Notes: generated from the letters alone by a model not told the origin. 63,314 nucleotides of DNA, filler included, from Octopus bimaculoides (GCF_001194135.2; 9 parts of 9 records of this genome joined end to end with filler, not necessarily neighbours in it); one strand, 5' to 3'. Positions 37,426-50,314 are shown, counted from the first letter of the whole stretch. Numbers and translations are program-made.

Positions 37426-38149
37426 AACCCAGCACTCTTTGTAAAGTTGTTGGTATTAGAAAGGGCATCCAGCCATAGAAACCATACCAAAACAGACAAT
37501 TGGAACATGGACAGTTTTCTGGTTGGCCAGCTCCTGTCAAATTGTCCAGCCCATGCCAGCATGGAAAATGGCTGTTAAGTGATGGTGATGAAGGACAGAG
37601 TATCTCAACAAAAATATTGTAACAAAAGGGTTAGGACCCATGCTTGAGGGCTGCTCCCTTGTATAAGAGAAGTGCATCTACTGCACATGCTGGAAGATTG
37701 CATTGTCATCCAACTAATTAGCAACAGTTCAATTACAAACATGCTGCACACAAAACTATTTTTTTTCTTTGCTCTTTCTTTCCCTACTTCAACAGTCTCT
37801 TCTGAATTGATTGCATACAATCTAGACTTACATATCTCATCTCTTCCCATCACCCTCACTGCATTGTACCTCCTCCAGTAATCCTCATTATGTTTCACTT
37901 CTTTCCATTATTCCTTATTGTGCCTTACTTCCTTCCATCACTTTCATGGCATCTTAGCTCTTTCAATCATCTTCATTACGTCTCATCTTCATTTCTTTAT
38001 ATCTCTACTGTATCTCATATACTCACGTTATCCCCACTATCTCCCATCTTCTTGATCTTCACATGAGACGTGTATGCATCTGCATTATTTCTCTCAACCC
38101 CCACACCTACCTTTCACTCTTTTTTCTTTCACTCTCTAAGGAACGAGCT

Positions 38150-38335
38150 TCTGCTTGGTTGCTGAACTTGCTAAATATCACAGCCAGTTCTCCCTAAAAT
38201 CCTTAACAAAATAAAGATGCATTGTATAATGTAGTACTTGATATAAATGTGAAGGGCAGAGTGGTGACAGCTTGGATGCCTTTGATCACACATAGATCTA
38301 TTTGATCAGGGTTTACCTGAGACTAAACAGCAATT
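38150..38335 (+). mobile_element. Diverged SINE-like repeat (family F); related reverse piece at ~49385-49445
   Basis: ATGCCTTTGATCA...GATCAGGG.TTACCTGAG.CTAAAC corresponds to the reverse complement of CCTCAGGTCAGCCTTGGTCG...TGATCAAAAGCATTC. Confidence 0.5.
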
Positions 38336-38493
38336 ACCATTCTTTGGTCAAGAAAGCAAAGATGTAAAAAGACTCCATTTTGTGAGTCTTTGTGATTGGT
38401 AGCTTAAGAATTTATTGGAAACTGTTCCAAATGAAAATATCCCGAAAATTGGTACAATTATATTAATACACTTTTGTCACAAGGGTAACACTT

Positions 38494-38555
<62 letters not shown>

Positions 38556-38649
38556 ATATAAGGGTAAGATCCAGGGATTCAAATGTAGGAAGTTTGTTAG
38601 CTTCAATGTAAAATGATAATGATGGGGATGAAACAAATTACTGGATAAT

Positions 38650-39350
38650 ATTCTTTTCTACTCTAAGCACAAGGCTCTAAATTTTTGGGGAGGTGGCCAG
38701 TCGATTAGAACGACCACAGTTCGCAACTGGTACTTAATTTATCGCCCCCGAAAGGATGAAAGGCAAAGTTGACCTTGGCAGAATTTGAACTTGGAATGTA
38801 AAGACAGAAGAAATACCACTAAGCATTTCGCCCGGCATGCCAACGTATTTGCCAGCTCGCTGCCTTAGATTACCAGATCATATTAGAACTGTACTTAAGG
38901 TGTTAAACTGGCAGAATCATTAGCACACTGGACAAAATGCTTTGAAGCATATCATCTGTCTTTATGTTCTGCGTTCAAATTCCACTGAGGTTGACTTTGC
39001 CTTTCATCCTTTTGGAGTTGATAAAATAAGTACCAACTGAGTACTGGGGTCAGTGTAACCAAATTATATCCTCCCCCCTATTGCTGGCCTTGTGACAAAA
39101 TTTGGAATCAATAACAGAATTGTACTTAGAGTGGTGAGTTGGTAGAGTCATTAGCAGGCCAGACAAAATGCTTAGCAGCATTTCATCTGTTATGTTCTGA
39201 GTTCAAATTTCACCGAGATTAATTTTTGCCTTTCATCTTTTTCAGGGTTGATAAAATAAGTATCAGTCAAGAACTAGGGGTTGATGTAATCAACCATACC
39301 CTGCCACCCCAAACTTGCTGGCCTGGTGCTTAAATCCGAGACCAATATTA
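38650..39350. mobile_element. Cluster of three family B SINEs: minus (38650-38866), plus (38897-39112), plus (39128-39349)
   Basis: Each carries the GTTCAAATT/AATTTGAAC and CTTTGCCTTTCATC cores; the plus copies are flanked by three copies of an AGAA(C/T)TGTACTT motif. Confidence 0.85.
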
Positions 39351-39426
39351 GAATTGTACTTCAGTTGAACACAAGACCTGTTTGCTGATAATCCAATAAC
39401 TTATCCATCTGACCATTTTTTTTTAG

Positions 39427-39475
39427 CTTGTACTTTAGAAATGATAATATCACTAGAAATTTAAGCTTCATTGAG
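39427..39475 (+). CDS. Candidate small QPCT exon (phase 2 to 0)
   Basis: ATTTTTTTTTAG|C TTG TAC TTT AGA AAT GAT AAT ATC ACT AGA AAT TTA AGC TTC ATT GAG|GTAAAG = LYFRNDNITRNLSFIE, resembling the QC segment YFQNYSYGGVIQ that precedes DDHIPF. The next exon was not found. Confidence 0.4.
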
Positions 39476-39779
39476 GTAAAGGTTTTCTTGTTTCTGTTCC
39501 CATTCGTTCAGAGTTTTGCTCGCCAACAAAAGGGAAGGTGTGTGTGTGTGTGTAAGGGGAGTTTAAGATACAGCATTTCTTCCAAGACCATTATCCTTCA
39601 TTGTCCTCTTGTTCACGTTACATCTGTTACTTCCTGTTCCGTTGCTTCCTTCCTGTTCTTGTCACTTCCTTTCTCTCTTTTGTGTTTGTCTGTTTGTCTG
39701 TCTTTCTCTTTTTTTTTCTCTCTCTTCCAACATATACTCAGACACATGTAATCATATTTTTCTTTCAGTTTTCTTCATG

Positions 39780-39792
39780 GTGGTGGTGGTGA

Positions 39793-39844
<52 letters not shown>

Positions 39845-40288
39845 GGTGGTGATGATGATGATCACCTCCACCACCTTCATCTTTTTATCATCATCATCAT
39901 CATCAAATTCTCCTTCTCCTCTCATCCCACTTTCTTTTGCTATTTCTTTCATTCTTTTGCTCTTTATTTCGTTTTTTCTTTCTTTCTTTCTTTTTTCGCT
40001 CTTTCTTTCTTTCGCATTGTCTTTCTTTCTTTCGCATTGTCTTTCTTTCTTTCTTTCTTTCTTTTGCTCTTTCTTTCTTTCCTTCCCACTTTTTTTCGCA
40101 CTTTCATTCTTTCTTTCTTTCTTTCTTTCTTTCTATTTTTCTTTCTTTTATTCTTTCGCCCTTTCTTTCTTCCTTCCTTTCTTTCTCTCTTTCTTTCGCT
40201 TTCTTTCACTCTCCTTTCGCTTTCTTTCAATCTTTCTTTCTTTCTTTCACTCTTTCTTTCTTTCTTTCTTTCTTTTTCCCTCACTTTG

Positions 40289-40328
<40 letters not shown>

Positions 40329-40336
40329 TCACTCTT

Positions 40337-40378
<42 letters not shown>

Positions 40379-40440
40379 GCTCTTTCTTTCTGTCTTTTGC
40401 TCTTCCCTTCTCTCTCCCTCTCTCCCCTCCCCTTTCTCCC
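39780..40440. repeat. (GGT)n/(TTG)n/(GAT)n tracts followed by degenerate (TTTC)n and (TC)n
   Basis: Directly visible; source of the SFFL/KERK pseudo-ORFs. Confidence 0.95.
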
Positions 40441-41127
40441 ACTCCTCTGATCTTCATATTGCTATTCTGGCATGACATTGAGATATTTTTGCTCAGCCGT
40501 ACTTGGCACCGTTGCCAAAACCATGCAGGAACCATGACCATTGATGCTGTGCAGTGAGATTTCATGGTTAACGAACATTTTCGGCCAGTGCAGGAGTTTT
40601 TTTGTTTTCCACAACCACATCTTAATAGTCTTAATAAGGGGATGCTTGAATGATTACATGGAAGAAGCGGGAGGGGATTGAGAGAACAAAATATTTGGAT
40701 ATTAACTCAATAAAATGTTGAATACATTTTTGCATTAACATACATGCACACATATAAATATGCACATATATACATGTACACACACACACACACTAAAACA
40801 AATATTCTCTCTCTAGCACACACTACTCAAAATTGTATAATCTTACAATGTTATTTTCCTTCTGTGACTTCTACGTTTGCTGTTTTGCCTCCTCTTATAT
40901 ATATNNNNNNNNNNNNNNNNNNNNNNNNNNNNNNNNNNNNNNNNNNNNNNNNNNNNNNNNNNNNNNNNNNNNNNNNNNNNNNNNNNNNNNNNNNNNNNNN
41001 NNNNNNNNNNNNNNNNNNNNNNNNNNNNNNNNNNNNNNNNNNNNNATATATGTAATATATATATATATGTAATATATATATATATATATATATATATATT
41101 ACACATATATATATATATATATGATGT

Positions 41128-41170
<43 letters not shown>

Positions 41171-41329
41171 ATATATATGATATAATTCAGGAGAAAATAT
41201 TTGCGAAGATATTATTGACTCTGTTACTATCTAGTGTAACAATTAAAAATGATAATAACAGAATCAATAATATAGGTGATTGCAGGCCTAGAAAAGCATT
41301 GACTAGCTGAAGGATTATAATTAATTAAA

Positions 41330-41876
41330 CAAAGGACATACTAAGTATGGCTACCTGCTGGAAATAACAGTCAAAATTCTTATTTAAATCACCCCCCAAA
41401 AAACTAATGATATCTACAGAAATCAACTGTCTGCGGTTAAACGGGCTAAGATGATATCTCAACATACATTCAAGTATTTGGACCCACGTGGACCGGTTTC
41501 TGGATTGGCATTATAGCCTCACATTCCTCAGCACACGTTACCAGGATGTAGAGCCCCAACCTGTCATGTTGAAGTCTCTGCTGCAACAGATTTGTTTTGT
41601 GCCAAATCATGGCAGCCACCAGTGTGAAACTAATGTCAATACAGAGCAAGTAATTCAGGAGAAAATATTAGTGAAGGTGAGGAAGGTGAAGCTATAATGC
41701 CAGTCCAGACACTGGTCCACGTGAGTCCAAATACTCGAATCTATGTTGATAGATCGTCTTAGCCCGTTTGCTTGCAGATGGTTGATTTCTGTAGTTAACA
41801 TCAGTTTTTTTTGGCAGCTTAAATAAGAGTTTTGACTGTTATTTCCAGCAGTTAGACATATTTAGTATGTCCTTTG
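41330..41876. mobile_element. Foldback/MITE-like element with ~200-bp imperfect inverted arms
   Basis: Arm 41330-41530 (CAAAGGACATACTAAGTATGGCTACCTGCTGGAAATAACAGTCAAAA...) is the reverse complement of ~41676-41876; loop ~145 bp. Confidence 0.8.
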
Positions 41877-41971
41877 ATTATGTGTATAATATATATATAT
41901 ATATATGTATATATATTTATATCATCATCGTCATCATTGTTTTATGTCTGCCTTCATGCTGGCATGAGTGG

Positions 41972-42010
<39 letters not shown>

Positions 42011-42351
42011 NNNNNNNNNNNNNNNNNNNNNNNNNNNNNNNNNNNNNNNNNNNNNNNNNNNNNNNNNNNNNNNNNNNNNNNNNNNNNNNNNNNNNNNNNN
42101 NNNNNNNNNNNNNNNNNNNNNNNNNNNNNNNNNNNNNNNNNNNNNNNNNNNNNNNNNNNNNNNNNNNNNNNNNNNNNNNNNNNNNNNNNNNNNNNNNNNN
42201 NNNNNNNNNNNNNNNNNNNNNNNNNNNNNNNNNNNNNNNNNNNNNNNNNNNNNNNNNNNNNNNNNNNNNNNNNNNNNNNNNNNNNNNNNNNNNNNNNNNN
42301 NNNNNNNNNNNNNNNNNNNNNNNNNNNNNNNNNNNNNNNNNNNNNNNNNNN

Positions 42352-42383
<32 letters not shown>

Positions 42384-42411
42384 TTTATGCACATATACCC
42401 ATATGCATCCA

Positions 42412-42460
<49 letters not shown>

Positions 42461-42974
42461 ACACACACATTCAAACACATATGCTTTTTATCTTATCTCT
42501 CTGACTTCAGTGTAATTCATTCTAAACAGGTTGTATAGTTAGAATCTTTAGAGAATAGCGTCCTGTCAATCAATCACGATGTGCTCTGCAGGGCTGATAC
42601 AGTCTTGAAAGAGTTACATCTGATAACAATACTTTCTCTCTTTTTAAAAACTGTTGAGACATTGTAACATCTCATTCACCTCGGTGAAAACCTTTAAAGA
42701 TCTCATTTATTTCATTACTTCCTATTTCCGTAAGCCTGTGCTGTACCCGTGTCTTGTACTTCTTTTTGTTTTTTTTTTAATCCACTCAGATACATAGAGC
42801 TATTTTTGCATTTGGTTGTGTTTGTCATACGTTTTCTGCTGCAGCTCCGCGAGCTGCAGTTAACAAAGCTGTCATGTATTATTTTCTCAAATTCTTGGCC
42901 CATCATGCCATTTGGCCATAGAGCACTGTAAAAGCACTTTGCAGTAGCATGCTATATTGCATACTGGAGAATAA

Positions 42975-43046
42975 GAGAGAGAGTCAGGAGAGAGAGAGAG
43001 TCAGGAGAGAGAGAGAGAAGAGGAGATCAGGAGAGAGAGGGGGGCA

Positions 43047-43087
<41 letters not shown>

Positions 43088-43270
43088 TAGAGAGAGAGAG
43101 AGAGAGAGAAAGAGATTGGCGGGGCTAGTAGGAGAGATGGAAGAGTGAACAGAAAACCAACTATAGAGTTTACTGAGTTGTGTGCAGGAGAGAGAGTGAG
43201 TGAGTGTGTGTGTGTGAGAGAGAGAGAGAGAATGAAAGTGAGAGAATGAAAGTGAGAGAGAGGGAGAAAG
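42975..43270. repeat. GA-rich low-complexity tract
   Basis: Directly visible. Confidence 0.9.
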
Positions 43271-44118
43271 GTGGGGAAGTGTAAGTTAAAGAAGGTGGGA
43301 AGTGTTAGTTGGGGCAGAATAGAGAAATATCATTACATCAAGATGGATTCAAAGCTATCTTAAAGCTTTCTCAGTAATTACATTTTCTTACTTTGCTCAC
43401 CGTCCTGTGAAGTTTTGCTGAAATAACTTGAGATTTCACACACTAACAAATTTTCTGTTCAATTCCCCATGTCCTACTCTGTGGTGACGATGAAGATGTG
43501 GCTGACAACACTTGATGATGACGATAGTAGTAGTAGTAGTAGTAGTAGTATTAATGGTAGTGGTATGGTGGTGTTGACGGGGAAGAGAAATAGAAAGAGA
43601 GCAAAATTGTTTCCTTAACACTGCAGACTCTTTATTCTGTGAATTCAGTTTTTTGATGAAGAAGAATGATTATGAAATTGCCTTCTTGCCTCCAAGACTA
43701 AAGCTATTGTAAAGTGAAAGATGGAAAGTTTGTATGAGGAAATTGCTTTTTTTTTTTTTTTTTTTTTTGGTTGTTTATAGTTAGATGTCAGAGCAGTATA
43801 AGTTCATTGTTTAGCAAAGATTACAGTAATATCTGCAGTTGTAATCCTTTGACTGAATGTATTATTATGGCCACAGAGGGGAATGATCAATCAATTGATC
43901 GAACAATCAATGGAACAAACAACAAACAAAGTAATAAACAATCGATTATATGATCATATATACATGAAAAGAGCTCAATTTCTATGGTGGCTTTCTGCTC
44001 CAACTTCAACCAACCAACCAACCAACCAAGAACACTGCTCTTGTAACTGTATATATACAACCATTCGCAAATATCTAGCCAAATCAGCTACATTCCAGAA
44101 AGACACTACAACATTTTT

Positions 44119-44345
44119 TTAACCCTTTAGCATTCAGATTTCTTTGTCAAATGTATTGCTTATCTATTCACATTGTTTTGAATTAATCATGCTTTATCTT
44201 GTAGCTTTAAGATTTCAATGGTGTGTTTGTATATTTTTAGAATGGCATTGTAGAGTAGACGTGAAGGGTTAGATCTGGTTGGTTTTAACATAAAACAGGA
44301 AGAATATTTGGGCCGGATATGACCAGATTAAATGCTAAAAGGTTA
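44119..44345. mobile_element. TTAA-flanked (piggyBac-like) MITE, copy 2
   Basis: TTAACCCTTTAGCATT ... AATGCTAAAAGGTTAG; terminal inverted repeat visible. Confidence 0.8.
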
Positions 44346-44572
44346 GAGACAGACAGACAGAATAAAATTTGTTTTTATTTCATTGAAATTCTCTCAGAAA
44401 TATATGTGTAGCAAAATAATTGTAACATTGATTGCTAAACTTGGCCCTAGTCATGTGTTGGCGGTCTTTGTTAACAACCTTTGGTAAATGTTAAGTAATT
44501 GGTGTTTGTGTATACTGAATAAGTCCACCATTTTTTTTCTCTCACTGCTGTGGATTCCGTCACATCCTCTGA

Positions 44573-44785
44573 CTCTTTTACTCTTTTACTTGTTTCAGTC
44601 ATTTGACTGCGGCCATGCTGGAGCACCGCCTTTAGTCGAGCAAATCGACCCCAGGACTTATTCTTTGTAAGCCTAGTACTTATTTTATCGGTCTCTTTTG
44701 CCGAACCGCTAAGTTACGGGGACGCAAACACACCAGCATCGGTTGTCAAGCGATGCTGGTGGGACAAACACAGACACACAAACAC

Positions 44786-44831
<46 letters not shown>

Positions 44832-45010
44832 CATATATACATATATACAACGGGCTTTTTTCAGTTTCCGTCTACCAAATCCACTCACAAGGCTTTGGTC
44901 GGCCCGAGGCTATAGTAGAAGACACTTGCCCAAGGTACCATGCAGTGGGACTGAACCCGGAACCATGTGGTTGGTAAGCAAACTACTTACCACACAGCCA
45001 CTCCTGCACC
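44573..45010 (-). mobile_element. Full-length, young SINE family C copy
   Basis: Complete head-to-tail reverse-complement match with 59582-59846 and 3618-3770; many CpGs intact. Confidence 0.9.
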
Positions 45011-45364
45011 TATATATGAACATATAAGATTCCTAATAAATACAAAAATATCCTTATTGTCACATTGTTTACACAATCACTCATTCTATATGTTTTTTAA
45101 TTTTTTACTGCTCAATCTTGCATCTTCAGTAGCTGTATTAGTTTTTGACCTAATGCATACCAATTGTACTCTGGAAGAGTACAACTGTTATGCATCAAAT
45201 GGGAGAGCATAAAAAGTCATCAGAGGAGTCCTTGAATTTGTAGCAACTTTGAGAGTTGTAATTTTTTTTTTTTTTGTTTATGGATAGAAGAGGTGATGTG
45301 TAAGACTTTCCTTGACAGAAATGCATGGCCATTATAAAATACCTATCTTTTATGTTTTACTGTT

Positions 45365-46015
45365 TACTTGTGTCCGGCATTGGGCTGTGGCTTGCTGGAG
45401 CACTGCCTTGAACAGTTTAGTCCAGTGTTTCTCAACCATTTTTTTACAGTGGACCCATTTGTTTCCTATTTAACTCAGATGGGCCCCTACAGCGATTTGA
45501 AGTTTTAATAAAATCTCCTTATATTTTAATGATTAAATATTATTAGGAATTGTATAAGAAAAAATGTTAAAATATTTTGTCTATTGTAGAAGTATAAGCA
45601 CATAAATTTTAACAACAAAATCTTATATGGACTTGCCAAGGTTTGTATGAATCCCAGTTGAGGACAACTGATTTAGTCAAACAAATTGACTAAAGTACTT
45701 ATTTTTAAGTCTGTTAATTGTTCTATCAGTCTCTTTTGTCAAACTGCTAAGTTATAGGGGGATATCAACAAAGCAACTCTGGTTGTCAGGCGGAGGTGCG
45801 GGACAAGTACAAATACACACAAAGACACATGCACACATGCACAAACACACACACACACATATGCATAACAGGCTTCCACACAGTTTTCATCTACCAAATT
45901 AACTCACAGGCTTTGGTTGGCCCAGGGCTATTGTAGAAGGCACTTACCCATTATGCAACACAATGGGACTGAACCCAAAACCACATAGTTGCAAAGTGAG
46001 TGTCTTAACTGCACA
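45365..46015 (-). mobile_element. Old SINE family C copy interrupted by a hAT MITE
   Basis: Family C blocks on both sides of 45423-45670; CpG-depleted. Confidence 0.8.
45423..45670. mobile_element. hAT (Charlie-type) MITE with 8-bp TSD
   Basis: Starts CAGTGTTTCTCAACC and ends GTTGAGGACAACTG; flanked by GTTTAGTC (45415-45422) and ATTTAGTC (45671-45678). Confidence 0.8.
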
Positions 46016-46624
46016 ATTATGTGCAGTTAAGACACTCACTTTGAAATGTGCTTTAGAGGTTTTAAATTTTAAATTTCCATAACCTAAATAAGTTATATGA
46101 TATGATAAAATTAATCTTTAAAGTACATTTAGAAGGCTGATGTACTTTATCATTGTGAATAAAAAAAAATCATTAAAATAATTGCTTATTAATTTAAATA
46201 AAATTAGTTCAGCTACATTTTATGGGGGTCATTTAACTAAATCTCATTCTCTGAGTAACTTTGAATGCTGGGAATCACCCTAATTAGATTTGGGGTATTA
46301 CTAAAAATTACTGTTAGCATATTTTCTAGAACTTCAGAATATTATTATAGTTTGTAAATGTAATGATGGTGGACATGATGGAAATAAAAACTCTCTAAAA
46401 GTAAATTGATTTAAAAGTGTAATAAATTCTTTCGCTCATCTTTTCAAAGATTAATTCTACTGGTGTTGTCACCATTAAATCGTGTTCGAGTAGTATAGTG
46501 AGAGATCAAACCTCTGGATACCTATGGTACTGGTGCCTGAGGTGGCTGTTCAGGCGGTACAGAAGAGCTGGGGGGGGGGGCGTTTGTCACAGGGGAGTGT
46601 TGGTGGGGGACAAGTAAGTGTGAG

Positions 46625-46850
46625 TCATTCTTTGCATCTCAACGTCTGTTATTTTCCATCTGGACCATTCCCTTGGCAATGACATGCTGCCACTTTGGGT
46701 GGTCTTTGGTGATTGTCTCCCAGGTATTTGGGTCAATGGAGCAGCAGGGAAGAGTGGCCTTCAGCTGGTCTTGGAAACAGAATTTGGGAACTCTGCATGG
46801 TCTGGTGCCTAAAGCCAACTCCACAAAGATAAAAACACAGCTTGCCACCA
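46625..46850 (-). mobile_element. RTE-clade LINE C-terminal fragment
   Basis: FQDQLKATLPCCSIDPNTWETITKDHPKWQHVIAKG resembles the RTE C-terminus (FKDQLK..W E..A.DR..WR). Confidence 0.7.
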
Positions 46851-47204
46851 CTTGTGAGCAAGTATGGTTTAGTAATGTACCTTGGATTTGAGCCTAACTC
46901 TCTAACCACTTGGCCATGTACTTTCAATTCTACTGCATATAGAACTAAAGTTATACAAATTTTAAATGGCACAAAAGTTTTGGAAGAACCCTGTATTCAT
47001 TGTGTATATTGTGCTATTGAGAAACATAAAGTTTCCTTATAGATCCTTGAACAATTCTATAAGTGGTGCAGAAGGTGCTCGGTTCTATTAATTTGAATGT
47101 TATTTAAATCTTCAAAAACTGAGCAGACCTGTTCTCAAAGCACTTCCCCCATGACCATCTCATCTTAATTTCAGATGTTATCAAGGTACCCACTGAACTT
47201 TATC

Positions 47205-47405
47205 AGCTTATCTGGCTTTGGGTAAAAGAAAATACACGAGGATCAGTTAATTATGATTTTATTCAACATTCCCTTCTCAGATTTTCACACTTATTGCAGC
47301 AGTTCTTCAGTTCTTTTAAACCCTGTAAAAAAAACTCAGAAGGTTGGGCCTCCAACCAGGTCTTTTGTGATACCCAGAAGCCAGAAACTTTCCAGCACTC
47401 CATAT
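47205..47405 (-). mobile_element. Mariner transposon 3' end
   Basis: WLEAQPSEFFLQGLKELKNCCNKCENLRREC matches the mariner C-terminal pattern W...QP.EF...G..L...KC...G.YVE. Confidence 0.7.
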
Positions 47406-47639
47406 CTTGGTTGTAGGTCTGCTTGTTGATACAGGCAAACTGCATGTTGGAAGGGATGCTTTTGTGGTTGGGTGATGAGTTTCAAAGATCTCCATTTAGC
47501 CATTGCTAGCTTATCTATGCTGGCTTTAAGGCCTGGCTGTTTACACAGCCAAACTATGGATTGGAAAGAATGCTCTTGTAGTGAGCCTTGTCCATTGACG
47601 TCTTGGTGGAATTTGATCTAAGATCTAGAACAAATACCA

Positions 47640-47830
47640 CAAACCATCTTGTCCAACTTTCTAACAATTTTACTATTCCACCATCCAAGATTGGTACTTT
47701 ATTTATCAACCTCCAAGAGAATGAAAGACAAAGTTGATCTTGGCAGAATTTGCACAGAGGGTTGGAACAAATACCTAGAAGCATTTTGTTCAATGCTCCA
47801 GTGATTCTCCCAATTTGCTGCCTATATCAT
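47640..47830 (-). mobile_element. SINE family B copy (old, CpG-depleted)
   Basis: TGGTACTTTATTTATCAACC..GAATGAAAGACAAAGTTGATCTTGGCAGAATTTG. Confidence 0.7.
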
Positions 47831-48001
47831 GGACTATTAGGCAAATTTTTCAGATGGTATGATGTAGTTTGAGAGCATTTGGCTGCTTTCTCCCTGTTGC
47901 ACAGAGAATAAATAAGTAAATAAATGAAATGAAAGAAAAAATAAAGGATAATAATGAAAATGAATGTCTGCTTAAAAATTGATTATACTGACATTGTCTT
48001 A

Positions 48002-48038
<37 letters not shown>

Positions 48039-48238
48039 CATATATATATATATATGTTTATTCATTCATTCATTCATGCTCTGAATTCAGTTCCTTCATT
48101 GAATAGATACATCACCTGTACATGCAGAAAACATGGAAATTGTATAATTGCTTGTAAACTGAATTCATTGGGATGTGGACAGCAGAGAATTAATACAAAA
48201 CAAACAACACAAGTAGAAACTCTGAATATAAACAAAAA

Positions 48239-48303
<65 letters not shown>

Positions 48304-48525
48304 AAATAAATAAATAAAATAACACAGAAATAATACCGGTCAGAATTGCATACACATGCAAATATATATGTATGTGTGTGTATATATACTAACAAATAAA
48401 ATGATAGAAAAGTAATACTGCACAAGATTACATACATGCACATATGCATCTAAGCATACACACACACACACACACTCACACACATATATATATACACATC
48501 TATACATACATCATACAGATTTATT

Positions 48526-48687
<162 letters not shown>

Positions 48688-50106
48688 CACATACACAGAC
48701 ATATTTACATGCATGCATATGCACACATACTTATAGAAAAACATTTTGTTTTTATTATTTAATTTCTATCCAAATATGCATTAAATTAGCTGGCTCTCAG
48801 CCTACAGGCTTACTGCCAGCCTTGTAAACAACTTCTGTATTTCCCAAACATTTGCTATTGTGAAATTTATAAGAATAATCAAAGAAATATCTAAACAAAC
48901 AAACAAACAAAAATAAAATAAAATAAATTAGAAAAATGCCAGTAAATAAATAAATAAACAAATACCACCAAAAATCAAAAATTTCAAACAATAACAACAC
49001 AAAAAGCAGAAAAAAAACTCCCATTAACTAAAACTAAAAGAAAATGTTTTCTCTAAAGTTTTAAGTTACATTTCATTTCCCATTCTGGTGGGTCTGTGTT
49101 TCATTCATTCATTGACTTTTTTTTGTGCCTTCTATTGTTGTTTTTATTAGTTATGTGTTTGTTGTTGCTCTTATTATTGCTGTTTTGTATTGTTTTTGTT
49201 GTTATTTCACAGCAGTTGTTTGAATTCTTATGAATATACAATCCTTCAATTATATGTTCTATGGCTTGTTGCTAGTTACACAATATCAAATTATTAATTT
49301 TGGGTTTTTTTTCTTTTTTCTTTTCGAAAAGCTTTGAGGTTGTCGCTATTGAAAATGTTATTGTTGTTGTTATTATTCTTTTTGTTGTGATTTAACCCTC
49401 AGGTCAGCCTTGGTCGTGCAGACATTTATGATCAAAAGCATTCTTCTGATAGAGAAAGGGTTAGATTATTTTTATTTTTTATTTATTACATTTGTCTTTT
49501 TTTAATTTTTAATAAGTTCTTCTTTTGTTTGTTATCTGATGATTTGTTTGTCATTTACTTTGTGCTAAGTGCAGTGTATCTTCATGTAACTGATACCACT
49601 TTACTCAGGGCTAAAATTTACAGAATCTGTATGTGGGGAACACTGTCAGAATCCCTCTGGTTGTCAGTTCATGCTTGTGCTTTTCAAAGATGGTAACTGC
49701 CTCCTGGGAAGCAGTGGAGAATATTAAATGGCCACTGGATACAAAGAGGACAGTAGAGAATGGGTGATAGATGCATCTTTTAATTTTTTTTTTGTTAGTT
49801 TTTGTCTCTTATTTAAATATTAAGCTAAAAAAAAAAACCCTAGTTATGATATTATCATAAACTGCCTGTTTGCTCTGCATTCACAATAACCACACTAGCA
49901 AGCAAGGTTGTATTAGTTATAGGAAGATACATTGTGCACTTATCACAGAGTAAATGATAAACAAATCAGCAGATACAGAGGAAATTATTAAAAAAAGAAA
50001 AAGGATAAGAAAATGAAATGATAACCATAAGAGTAGACTTAAAAATGTGAACAAATGAATAAGCAAAACTGAATATATACCACCTATCGTCGTCATCATA
50101 ATAATC

Positions 50107-50235
50107 ATCATCATCGTCGTCATCGTCATTTAACACCAGTTTTTCCATACTGGCATGGGTTACTTAGTTTGATAGGAGCTGCACTAAGTTCCATTGTCTG
50201 TTTGGCATGGTTTCTACAGCTGAATGCCCTTCCCA
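50107..50235 (-). mobile_element. SINE family D fragment
   Basis: CATCATTTAACACCAGTTTTTCCATACTGGCATGGGTT...TTTCTACAGCTGAATGCCCTTCC. Confidence 0.7.
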
Positions 50236-50238
50236 ATA

Positions 50239-50274
<36 letters not shown>

Positions 50275-50276
50275 TG

Positions 50277-50314
<38 letters not shown>

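Noticed and set aside
43825-43860. SCNP peptide as MTO1 N-terminal exon
   Set aside because: The context (ICSCNPLTEC) lacks MSCNPSFGGIGKG and suitable splice sites.
47436-47490. GKLHVGRDAFVVG as an MTO1/GidA exon
   Set aside because: Runs into stop codons, lacks the preceding TTGTFL and abuts a mariner remnant.
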